A DNA stretch of 64,000 nucleotides from an uncultured Prevotellaceae bacterium (GCA_946411565.1 CAMKEM010000008.1:1160-65159); one strand, 5' to 3'; positions 40,551 to 49,600 are shown, counted from the first letter of the stretch. Translations and numbers: made by a program. The notes: generated by a model not told the origin, from the sequence alone.

Positions 40551-41855
40551 ATGCGTAGAGAAGGATATATCATTGAGGAAATCGTGGACTACGGCAATAT
40601 GTCGGATTCTTTCGATACAGTGCTCCGAGGCAGCAAGCGCAAGCAATGCCGTCAGGGACGCTGGCTCCTCGCGCATAGGGAGGAGGTGATACGTGAATTG
40701 TCCGATCGCATTGCTAACGGTACGTTTACCGTGAAGGATTACAGGGAGCGCGAGATTATCGAGGGTGGCAAACTGCGCAAGATACAGGTGCTATCTATGT
40801 ATGACCGCATCGGTGTACATGCCGTAATGAATGTGGTGGACAGACACATGCGCAAGAGGTTTATCCGTACGACTTCTGCAAGTATCAAGGAACGTGGTAT
40901 GCACGACCTCCTTGACTACATCAGACGCGATATGAGGGATGATCCTGACGGCACGCGGTACTGCTACAAGTTCGATATCTCCAAGTTCTATGACAATGTG
41001 AAGCCTGACTTCGTGATGTATTGCGTGAATAGGCTTTTCAAGGACAAGAGGCTTATCGACATGTTGGACGGCTTTGTGCGTATGATGCCTTCGGGAATCA
41101 GCATAGGGCTGCGAAGCTCGCAGGGACTGGGCAATCTCCTGTTGTCGGTGTTCCTTGATCACTATCTGAAGGACAGGTATGGTGTATGCCATTTCTACCG
41201 TTATTGTGATGACGGAGTGGTACTCGCAAGCTCTAAAGCAGAGTTGTGGATCATACGTGACATTATTCACGATCTGGTGGAGAAAATCGACTTGGAGGTG
41301 AAATCCAACGAGCGTGTGTTTCCCGTGAGTGAGGGCATCGATTTCTTAGGCTATGTGATTTACAACTCCGAACATGTGGAGCTGCGCAAGCGTATCAAGA
41401 AGAAGATGGCTCGCAAGATGCACGAGGTCAAGAGTAGGAAAAGGAGGCGTGAACTGACGGCAAGCTTCTATGGCATGGCTAAGCACGCCAACTGTAATAT
41501 GTTGTTTAACAAGTTAACAGGTAAGACAATGAAATCATTCAAGGATCTTAATGTCGCTTACAAGCCGGAGGACGGCAAGAAGCGTTTTCCTGGTGTGGTG
41601 GTTAGCATCAGGGAGTTGGTGAACCTACCTATCGTAATCAAGGATTTCGAAACAGGTATCAAGACTGAGCAAGGTGAAGACCGCTGCATCGTTGCTATCG
41701 AGCAGAACGGTGAGCCGAAGAAGTTTTTCACCAACAGCGAGGAAATGAAGAATATCCTCGCACAGATTAGGGAAATGGTCGATGGGTTCCCCTTCGAGAC
41801 CACCATCAAGACGGAATCTTTCGGCAAAGGTAGGACCAAGTATGTTTTTACATAA
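40551..41855 (+). CDS. DGR reverse transcriptase with a fused ~108-aa C-terminal domain
   Basis: KFDISKFY, GISIGLRSSQ, YRYCDD and GIDFLGY; SQ in motif 4 as in DGR RTs. Confidence 0.95.
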   Translation: MRREGYIIEEIVDYGNMSDSFDTVLRGSKRKQCRQGRWLLAHREEVIRELSDRIANGTFTVKDYREREIIEGGKLRKIQVLSMYDRIGVHAVMNVVDRHMRKRFIRTTSASIKERGMHDLLDYIRRDMRDDPDGTRYCYKFDISKFYDNVKPDFVMYCVNRLFKDKRLIDMLDGFVRMMPSGISIGLRSSQGLGNLLLSVFLDHYLKDRYGVCHFYRYCDDGVVLASSKAELWIIRDIIHDLVEKIDLEVKSNERVFPVSEGIDFLGYVIYNSEHVELRKRIKKKMARKMHEVKSRKRRRELTASFYGMAKHANCNMLFNKLTGKTMKSFKDLNVAYKPEDGKKRFPGVVVSIRELVNLPIVIKDFETGIKTEQGEDRCIVAIEQNGEPKKFFTNSEEMKNILAQIREMVDGFPFETTIKTESFGKGRTKYVFT

Positions 41856-42340
41856 TGCAAAGGACAGAAGGAACCGCAGGTGTAAAGCTGATCGAGTGCG
41901 TCAGCCCTGCAAGAAACAAGTGGAGTGTCCGCTGGGACATCCATGAACATGGGGATGGATTCGCAGACTATATGGAAGCGGAGTTTGGCTATAAGCCGAC
42001 TCTTGATGAAATAAAGGCTACGGTCATAGGATGGTACAACAAGCAGACAGACGATGCCATCCTGTCAGGCTTTGAGTATGAAGGTAACCTCGTGTGGCTT
42101 TCCTCTGAGAACCAGTTCAACTACAAGGCTGCGTATGACCTTGCCGTGCAGACGGATGGTGCGACACTTCCAGTCAAATTCAAGTTCGGTACTGACGAAC
42201 AGCCTGTGTATCGGATCTTCGATAATATGGCCGACCTGACAGAGTTCTATACGAGTGCCATGCGCTTCATCCAGAACACGCTGGATGCCGGATGGCAGAG
42301 GAAAGACACGTTCCGTCTGGAACTGTATCAGATGGAGTAA
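41855..42340 (+). CDS. Phage protein (DUF4376-like)
   Basis: Coupled to the RT stop (TAATG); VWLSSENQFNYKA motif. Confidence 0.65.
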   Translation: MQRTEGTAGVKLIECVSPARNKWSVRWDIHEHGDGFADYMEAEFGYKPTLDEIKATVIGWYNKQTDDAILSGFEYEGNLVWLSSENQFNYKAAYDLAVQTDGATLPVKFKFGTDEQPVYRIFDNMADLTEFYTSAMRFIQNTLDAGWQRKDTFRLELYQME

Positions 42341-42349
42341 AGTCTGTGA

Positions 42350-42506
42350 AATCCCTATGGAGGCAGGGTATATATAAAAGCCTCCAGCCTGTTAATATAG
42401 ACGCCAATCATTTATTAACAACGTCACCGCAATAGTGCACGACTGGAGGCAGTATGTCCTTTGGTCGTACTGTTGCGGTTTTTTTTTGTTGAATAAATGA
42501 TTGGCG
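42350..42506 (-). ncRNA. Candidate structured RNA
   Basis: Perfect 15-bp outer stem (42402-42416/42492-42506), inner stem, GCCTCCAG/CTGGAGGC complementarity; minus-strand TACCTTTG box at 42510-42517. Confidence 0.5.
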
Positions 42507-42532
42507 GTACAAAGGTACACATTTTTTTTGAA

Positions 42533-42775
42533 ATGACCTACTATGAGATAATAAAATTGAATAAAGAATCGATTGACAGGCTAAATTCGGCAGGATTCCG
42601 CTTGGATGACTGCAAGTACGTGGCATTATATGAGGATTACAGGAGAATGCATGAAGCCGGTGACAAGATGACCTATATCGTGTCCGTACTCCATGACCGC
42701 TACCATGTGTGCGAGCGTAAGATATATGACCTGATAAGGCGGTTCGGAGCACACTGCACGATCGGTGCAGTGTGA
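42533..42775 (+). CDS. Small HTH-like protein
   Basis: KMTYIVSVLHDRYHVCERKIYDLIRRF. Confidence 0.7.
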   Translation: MTYYEIIKLNKESIDRLNSAGFRLDDCKYVALYEDYRRMHEAGDKMTYIVSVLHDRYHVCERKIYDLIRRFGAHCTIGAV

Positions 42776-42842
42776 TTGGATCATTATATGTCTGTGTCTC
42801 GTGGAATAGTTGTACCTTTGTGGCAACCAAATCAACGAGACA

Positions 42843-43673
42843 ATGAGAAAGCAGTATCTATCGGCACCGCTTCCTTTTCAGGGACAGAAGCGGATGTTTG
42901 CCAAGGAGTACATAAAGGTGCTTCAGCAGTTCCCTGACGGAACAACCTTCGTGGACTTGTTCGGTGGCTCAGGCTTGTTGTCACACATTGCCAAATGCCA
43001 GAAACCGAACTCCACCGTAGTATATAACGACTTTGACGGCTATCGCCAGAGACTTGAAGCCTTGCCAGTCACAAATGCGCTTCTGGCGGAACTGAGGGAG
43101 ATTGTTGACGTGCCACGCCACAGGCCGATATCGGGAGTGTTGCGTGAACGCGTTCTGTCGTGCATACGCAAGTATGAGCGTGACCACGGTTACATTGACT
43201 ATATCACGCTGTCATCCTCCGTGATGTTCTCCATGAAATACGCCAACAACTTTGCGGAGCTGGAGAAAGAGACCTTATACAATAACATAAGAACCACGGA
43301 CTACCCACCGTGCCAGGACTACCTTGACGGCCTCACGATTACCTCATGTGACTATAGGGAGGTATTCGAGCAATACAAGGATGTGCCAGAGGTAGTGTTC
43401 TTGGTAGATCCTCCATATCTGAGTACGGATGCCCAGACCTATAAGATGTACTGGAAACTGTCTGACTACCTTGATGTGCTGACCGTTCTTGCAGGGCATC
43501 GCTTCATCTATTTCACTTCGAACAAGTCATCCATCGTTGAGCTTTGCGACTGGATGGGTGAACATGCCGAACTCGGCAATCCGTTCAGGAACTGCCATCG
43601 TAAAGAGTTCAATGCCCACATGAATTATAGCGCATCATATACGGATATCATGCTATATACGAATGCCGCTTAA
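42843..43673 (+). CDS. DNA adenine methyltransferase (Dam/D12 class)
   Basis: PLPFQGQKR, FVDLFGGSG, VYNDFD and VDPPY. Confidence 0.88.
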   Translation: MRKQYLSAPLPFQGQKRMFAKEYIKVLQQFPDGTTFVDLFGGSGLLSHIAKCQKPNSTVVYNDFDGYRQRLEALPVTNALLAELREIVDVPRHRPISGVLRERVLSCIRKYERDHGYIDYITLSSSVMFSMKYANNFAELEKETLYNNIRTTDYPPCQDYLDGLTITSCDYREVFEQYKDVPEVVFLVDPPYLSTDAQTYKMYWKLSDYLDVLTVLAGHRFIYFTSNKSSIVELCDWMGEHAELGNPFRNCHRKEFNAHMNYSASYTDIMLYTNAA

Positions 43674-43698
43674 ATCACATTCTAACACCATTTGAACT

Positions 43699-44337
43699 AT
43701 GAACAAATACTATCAGATACTGGGTAGGATTCTCGAATGTGGGAAGACCCAGACCAACAAGAAGGGCAATATATGCTACCTGCTCAATGAGCAGTTGTCT
43801 CTGACTCCTGGAGACCTGCTCGACATCTTCGAGAGCCACGGAATAGCGAGGAAGAAGCTGAGGAATGAGTTGCAGTTGTTCATGCAGGGTGAGCGGAACG
43901 TGGAGCGATATCGTGATGTGGGTATCAACTGGTGGGACTATTGCGGAAGCGTACTGGTGAACAGCTACCCGACATACTTCGAGAAACTGCCACCACTCAT
44001 TGCGAAGATCAACAGGGAGAGGCGCAACAGCAAGAACTACGTGCTGTTCCTCGGTGAGACAGGGGCAGAGAGTAACCAGGCTCCATGTCTTAGCCTGGTG
44101 CAGTTCCAGATAGACGATGGGGAACTTGTCCTGTCTGCATATCAACGAAGCAGCGATGCAAACCTCGGATTACCTGCAGACATATACCACCTGTATCTTA
44201 TGGCCAGACAGATAGAGCTACCATTGAAGTCAATCACGCTGAATCTCGGCAACGTACACATATACGAGAATAATATAGCGCGAACGCGCCAGTTGCTCGA
44301 TGGGGATGAGACTGTAAGGTTTGATCTGAATACTTGA
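43699..44337 (+). CDS. Thymidylate synthase/dCMP hydroxymethylase family protein
   Basis: APCL (catalytic Cys), YQRSSD.NLGLPAD and NVHIYEN. Confidence 0.88.
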   Translation: MNKYYQILGRILECGKTQTNKKGNICYLLNEQLSLTPGDLLDIFESHGIARKKLRNELQLFMQGERNVERYRDVGINWWDYCGSVLVNSYPTYFEKLPPLIAKINRERRNSKNYVLFLGETGAESNQAPCLSLVQFQIDDGELVLSAYQRSSDANLGLPADIYHLYLMARQIELPLKSITLNLGNVHIYENNIARTRQLLDGDETVRFDLNT

Positions 44338-44349
44338 ATGATTGCAAAT

Positions 44350-44382
44350 AAAAAACGCCCCGGAGGAATCTGAGGCGTTTTT
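44350..44382 (+). terminator. Intrinsic terminator
   Basis: AAAAACGCC...GGCGTTTTT. Confidence 0.6.
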
Positions 44383-44443
44383 GGGTTATTTTGGGCAAAC
44401 CGAAATAACCCATTTTTGTTTGGGGGAGGGAACACGAAAAAGT

Positions 44444-44501
44444 AACATTTCGTTTTACGATGCGGAACGCTTCGTTTTATTTTTTAGGAACATTTCGTTT
44501 T
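44444..44501 (-). promoter_or_regulatory. Right-end putative transposase binding sites (three)
   Basis: AAC(AT/GC)TTCGTTTT at 44444, 44466 and 44489 (22-23 nt period). Confidence 0.85.
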
Positions 44502-44545
44502 GCGGATTATACAACGCAGAGGCGCAAAGATATAGAGATTTATTC

Positions 44546-44660
44546 TGAACACGGAATGCACAAAAGAAACGACTTGCGCAGCTTGTTGAGCTATGCGAAA
44601 AAAATTTCGTTAATTCCGTGCTTTCCGTGTTCAGAAATAATCTTCGCACCTTTGCGTCTT
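44546..44660. repeat. Intergenic palindromic repeat (GAACACGGAA...TTCCGTGTTC), copy 1
   Basis: Inverted homologue at about 51628-51720. Confidence 0.7.
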
Positions 44661-44672
44661 TTCGATTAGTTG

Positions 44673-45596
44673 TTAATCATCTAATTCATATATCTGCATC
44701 ATTTTTGCTATATCTAACTTACTGAATGGTATAGGATCTTTGAGCTTGTTTTCTGATTTCCTTTGCCCGTATGGTACAAATGACGGAACGTAGTCAATGG
44801 TCTTAACCAGATAGAAATCATTGTTGATGTACTCTATTATGAAAATCTGTGTGTACTGGTTGTGTGAGCGACCATATTGACAAGAGAAATTGAATCCTTT
44901 GTCGGTCGGTACAGTACCGAGGAATAATAAGTCGTAAATCGGCATAAGGCAAGGAAAATATGCCTTAGAGATTGTTTTGCCATTCTTCAAGAGCGATATA
45001 TACCGTATTGGCCTGTCTATGTCATCATCCCATGTTTCATCACTATATACCGAATATTCGCTGAGTTTTCCCTTAAGTTGCACATGAGCTGTGTCAACTG
45101 CTTCCGTGACAGAATCTTGACTCGCTTCTATTTCCCGTTTTAAAACTGCATTATCAGGAACACAAATATCACCTTCTTGGGCAACTACTTTCCATAGCAA
45201 CGAAGAGTCATTTTCCAAATACATTACGGCTTTTGCATAAGCGTTTTCACCATAACTGCCTTTTATTGTGACATATAATGAATCATTTATGAATTTACCC
45301 AATACGTTAACATCTCCGTCTGTATCACTTATACCAAGAAAGGAAGAAAATACAAAATCCTCACTTCCATCATGACAGTATCCATTCTTTATGACAGAAT
45401 AAAACACTCCCTTAATGGTATCATTATCCGTTTTTCGCAAGATTAATCCCAGATACTCGTTTTCTTCGGTAGTGTCATTTATCCAAATATCATGTTCCCA
45501 CGTTCCTACGTAGTCTTGTGGCTTTGGCGTATAGCTTTGATTTTTGCAAGATGCAAAAACTAAAGATATTAGAAATATAACAATATATTTATTCAT
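44673..45596 (-). CDS. Hypothetical lipoprotein
   Basis: Signal peptide with lipobox LVFASC; AT-rich. Confidence 0.75.
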   Translation of the reverse strand: MNKYIVIFLISLVFASCKNQSYTPKPQDYVGTWEHDIWINDTTEENEYLGLILRKTDNDTIKGVFYSVIKNGYCHDGSEDFVFSSFLGISDTDGDVNVLGKFINDSLYVTIKGSYGENAYAKAVMYLENDSSLLWKVVAQEGDICVPDNAVLKREIEASQDSVTEAVDTAHVQLKGKLSEYSVYSDETWDDDIDRPIRYISLLKNGKTISKAYFPCLMPIYDLLFLGTVPTDKGFNFSCQYGRSHNQYTQIFIIEYINNDFYLVKTIDYVPSFVPYGQRKSENKLKDPIPFSKLDIAKMMQIYELDD

Positions 45597-46858
45597 TTAA
45601 TCAGTTTCTTCAAGAAATTAAGAAATCCCTTCGACCTCTCCTTTATATAAGGACGGAGATGAGAGGGTAGGATAGGCAACATCGTTTCTGTCATGCCCTT
45701 AGGAACATACACGCAGCGTATCATTGTTATCATTCTGCTGAACGCCTCTGGGTTTACGCTCTTGAGAGTAGAAGGGAGATAGATTTCCACTTCTGGCGTA
45801 TATTTGCTTTCTGCCATACGTATTTCTTCCCAGCCTGTGCCAATAGTTGTGACACCTTCCATGAACTCCAAAGTCTTTAAATTATATGCTCTCTGATATC
45901 TTATGATGTTATTGTTTACAGAACAAGAAGCACGGTATGCCATATTTTCTATTCCTGGTCTTATGCAAAGATGTTCACATAAACTTTTCCAATAAACGGT
46001 CTTGCCATCGGGGAAATACACAAAAGTGTCATCCTGCTGGCATTCCTCACTCTTGCCGCTTGCACAGTCATAAAGAAAACATTCTTTTTCGTCTATAACC
46101 ACAGCCTTCCCATTTTCGAGAATTTCCATATTCTCATGCCATTCAGGCAGAAGCAGGTTGAAGTCTTTATCTACAATATTATCATCGCCTTTATTAGTGA
46201 ATGCAATAGTATAATCACCATAGAATTCTTCCACCCCAAAATCAAATTCATACTTTTTCTTAGTTGCGAGATTCATCGCACCATACTTTGATTCATAGGT
46301 AATCTCTATGATATCATCATCAATGAAACAGAGGGCATCATCCACAAATGGAATGATAAATTCATTCTTGTGATTGATGATTCCGCATTTATTGCCTTTC
46401 TCAACGACAAACCTTCCCTTACATCCTCTTGCCCAATCATATTCAAATGGGATTACGACCTCTCCTTTCGTATTGATAGTACCCCATTTCCCGTCTTTCT
46501 GTACCAAGGCACATGATGTGCCGGAACAATACTCAGCATTCGTGAATCCTTCCGCAAAATCGTAAATCGGTGGAACAATCTCTTTGCCTTTATAGTCAAT
46601 GAATCCCCATTTTTCGTTAATGCGTACTGCCATGCTTCCATTGCATGGAGTGGACATGTATTCGTATTTTGTATCAGCAATAGTCCATCCTTGTATGTCA
46701 GTAAGTCCCCATCGGTCATCCTTGCAAACACAGATGGGGGTATCGGCATCAATAAAAACAATACTGTCATACACAGCGAACAGCACAACCCTGTCCGTGG
46801 CGTCCTTCAGGCCAATCTTGCCGTTCTCTACAAAAATATGATAGTCAGTTTTAGCCAT
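45593..46858 (-). CDS. WG-repeat protein
   Basis: Repeated KWGFID..G..IVP..YD. Start moved to ATG 46858 by comparison with the paralogue. Confidence 0.88.
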   Translation of the reverse strand: MAKTDYHIFVENGKIGLKDATDRVVLFAVYDSIVFIDADTPICVCKDDRWGLTDIQGWTIADTKYEYMSTPCNGSMAVRINEKWGFIDYKGKEIVPPIYDFAEGFTNAEYCSGTSCALVQKDGKWGTINTKGEVVIPFEYDWARGCKGRFVVEKGNKCGIINHKNEFIIPFVDDALCFIDDDIIEITYESKYGAMNLATKKKYEFDFGVEEFYGDYTIAFTNKGDDNIVDKDFNLLLPEWHENMEILENGKAVVIDEKECFLYDCASGKSEECQQDDTFVYFPDGKTVYWKSLCEHLCIRPGIENMAYRASCSVNNNIIRYQRAYNLKTLEFMEGVTTIGTGWEEIRMAESKYTPEVEIYLPSTLKSVNPEAFSRMITMIRCVYVPKGMTETMLPILPSHLRPYIKERSKGFLNFLKKLIK

Positions 46859-46940
46859 AATTTTTGAAATGTTCAAATTTTAATGCAAAGATAGTCATAA
46901 TTTTGGAAAACAAGAAATAGTGCAGAAAAAAACGGATATA

Positions 46941-46980
46941 GGGCGTGTGTAATTTTAGTTAAACTTTAACTTTTAACCTT
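46941..46980 (+). repeat. ~40-bp motif, copy 2
   Basis: GGGCGTGTGTAATTTTAGTTAAACTTTAACTTTTAACCTT. Confidence 0.8.
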
Positions 46981-47083
46981 TTCTGCTCCCAATGTACCTC
47001 CGATGTATGGAACGGACTTATAACGGTTTTATAACGGAGGTGGAACGGACTTGAGGTTAGCGTGTAGGTTTTACTTTCGCGAG

Positions 47084-47361
47084 TTCGGAATTGCCTGGAA
47101 GGCAACACTATGAGGACTCCGCGTAGCGCCTGACCATCGGGAAGAACCGAGGTGCATACTCTACGAAGGAGAGAATGCCCTCGGATAGAGAACCCCAACC
47201 ATCTTTATCAGCTTGGAGGGCTGTACCTGATTGTTTTCACATGGACTTTCACTATGTACTGCCTTCCAGGCAGAGGAAAGATTGGGGTTCCCCCCCGCAC
47301 ATCCTCGTTTCACTCGTATGTACGGGGGTACTTATAGTGTTGCCTTCCTGGCAATTCCGAA
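47084..47361. repeat. REPIN/MITE-like element, family B copy 2
   Basis: About 28-bp terminal inverted repeat TTCGGAATTGCC.GGAAGGCAACACTAT; homologous to 1791..2028. Confidence 0.8.
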
Positions 47362-47449
47362 ATTATGTAACCTAAATATTTATATGCGTAACCAATAAAA
47401 TGAGATATAATGTACTCACATACAGGTATTTACTCGTAATTATCCGAAA

Positions 47450-47617
47450 GGGTAAAAGTTAAAGTTTAACTTTTTGCAGTAACACCCATACTATATGGGT
47501 ATTTCTATTCTAATTATATATATATTATATATAATATATATATAATTAGATATAAGAAACAAGGAAAGCGGGGGATAGGGTGTGTATGATTTTAGTTAAA
47601 CTTTAACTTTTTACCTT
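47450..47617. repeat. Back-to-back motif copies 3 and 4 around a perfect 42-bp AT palindrome (47509-47550)
   Basis: TCTAATTATATATATATTATATATAATATATATATAATTAGA equals its own reverse complement. Confidence 0.85.
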
Positions 47618-47759
47618 TGGTGGTCAGGAGAGAGTAGGAATGCGAGGATGTGGATGTATCAGTAATATTTCGCAAAAGTAAGTTAAATGTTTTGCTGATT
47701 GGGAGATAATTGAGAAATATTCATTACTTTTGTCTGTCGATAACCTAAAACTTAAATCA

Positions 47760-49118
47760 ATGACACGAGAAGAATATTTTGATGTAATTGACCTTATGCG
47801 TCGTTATTATTCGATGCTGGATATTTACAAAACAAAGAAAAGTCTTGACCTGGCAGATTGGGTGAAGCAGACATTTTATCTTTGTAATATGGCAGTGAAA
47901 GTCAAAAATGTAATTGATGTTGACTGGCAATCAATGGAGATGTCATTATCTGACATGTTCAAACTGCATCGTTTTTCCAAGAAATTGAATGATGATATAC
48001 TGTCTGAATTATCGGATGTCATACCAGGAATGAAGGATTACACGCTTCCTGTAAGAGAAGTGAAATGGCATTATGGGGACGAGGATGATGAGGATTATGA
48101 TGAAGATGACGATAGTGGATATTATGAGGATTACCATGATGATGGTAATGGCTTTGCTACAAGGGCGGCGGTTTTGAATCTCGAAGTTGATGGGCTCAAT
48201 GAAATGGATTTCATCAGTGATAATGAAAAGACGATAGTAAAAGAAGCCAGAGATACTGCCAATAAAATACTTGCAGAATATCAAAAAATGCTGGAGGGGC
48301 TTTCTCCCATAGTTGAACGTGCCTATAATGAGCTTGATAAGTTTCATGATAGCATAAGTGCTATTGATAGTAAGATTTCAGAATATCTTACGGATAGATA
48401 CTACACTTTTCTGGAAGCAAAAGAAGCTGAGATAGAAGATAGCCTTGTTAAACGGCTTTACGAAAAATATGTTGACCGCCTTGATGAAACATTGGAGCCA
48501 CGCCATTGGACGGTGATGCTGAAGGATTATCTTAATGCGGATGACTATAATCCTGCGAAGATGCTAATCAAGGACTGTTTCAGTTACACTCACGCTCTGG
48601 ATATATCAGATCCAAGGATAAACAGTCATCTCTGCAATGACTATAATGACTTGGATGAGATAGATAGGTTCTTCAACTATTTCCTTGAGGTTGCAATACT
48701 TCAGTCGAAGGTGAGAAGTGATATTAGGATTATTAGGAGACCGTTGAAGCCTCTGCCTTCTGAGGTTGTGGCGGAAATCCGTGATAATCCCGAATTGAAT
48801 GGATTGTTCAGTGATGCTCTCGGAAGGGTTGTGGAGAAAGTTAAAGCAAGAAACACATGGAAATGGGGGCATTTGAAGAAGGTGCTTGAGGATGATCGTT
48901 TTATCATTCATTGTAATGATTCGGGTTTTGGTCGATTGATTCATGATATTTTCCCTGACATTAATGATGATCAGGTAAGGAGGAATGTGGGTAATAGTTC
49001 TCTTAGCCAAAAAGATTTGAATGAACATTATAGGGATATTTCGGAAACAAATGCTTTACGCTCTGTGTTTATCGCCATCGGTGATGAGTTTAAGGAACTG
49101 AGAAATGCCATTCAATGA
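47760..49118 (+). CDS. Hypothetical acidic helical protein
   Basis: Long AT-rich ORF with an Asp/Glu-rich insert; TACTTTTG box upstream. Confidence 0.75.
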   Translation: MTREEYFDVIDLMRRYYSMLDIYKTKKSLDLADWVKQTFYLCNMAVKVKNVIDVDWQSMEMSLSDMFKLHRFSKKLNDDILSELSDVIPGMKDYTLPVREVKWHYGDEDDEDYDEDDDSGYYEDYHDDGNGFATRAAVLNLEVDGLNEMDFISDNEKTIVKEARDTANKILAEYQKMLEGLSPIVERAYNELDKFHDSISAIDSKISEYLTDRYYTFLEAKEAEIEDSLVKRLYEKYVDRLDETLEPRHWTVMLKDYLNADDYNPAKMLIKDCFSYTHALDISDPRINSHLCNDYNDLDEIDRFFNYFLEVAILQSKVRSDIRIIRRPLKPLPSEVVAEIRDNPELNGLFSDALGRVVEKVKARNTWKWGHLKKVLEDDRFIIHCNDSGFGRLIHDIFPDINDDQVRRNVGNSSLSQKDLNEHYRDISETNALRSVFIAIGDEFKELRNAIQ

Positions 49119-49600
49119 CAGGTGTAGTTACCTGAGACTTGCCCATTAATTTTGTGCTATATTTGCAATTTTAGGTCTATAGAAGACCATTTTCGATTTA
49201 TTGGAATGACAATTCCGATAAATATTTTCTATTTTATTTGTTTCTTTATAAAAAGAAAATATTTGAATATGAGACATATTCAAATGGAAAATCTGGCTCA
49301 ATGCCTTAAAATTGCCAATATGGCATAAAATAAAATATTTGAATTATTTTTCTGGTAATCGTCGCTAATGTTTGTTCCGTCCTTGCAACTTGCTGCTAAA
49401 ACAACAAGTTCTTTTACCAAATACTTACCAAATTTTGCCTCTTTTTACCAATTTTACCAAAAGCTTTAGAATGTATTTTTTTCTTTATAACTTTGCACTT
49501 GCAATCGGAAAATCCGGTTGTGAGTGCTTTTCGTATGTAGCCATGCGAGAGTGCTCTGAATAAGAATTTCAAAAATTTAAAAAAGATGATTCGCAAGTTA

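Larger units (their letters stand above)
3285..44511. mobile_element. Mu-like transposable prophage of Bacteroidales carrying a DGR
   Basis: Transposase, MuB, Gam, portal, MuF, terminase and tail genes are present. CAAC direct repeat at 3281-3284 and 44512-44515. Both ends begin TAT-N7-A(A/G)AACGAA. Inverted end-binding repeats are present. Confidence 0.9.

Noticed and set aside
40551..41855. Group II intron or retron RT
   Set aside because: Adjacent TR/VR pair with adenine-only mismatches; no maturase/endonuclease domain, intron domain V or retron VTG motif seen.
3376..44513. Canonical TG...CA prophage ends
   Set aside because: Flanks GGCTG and ACGCA do not match, and the site at 3295 would be excluded. 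The TAT...ATA ends give a duplication and restore a host repeat.
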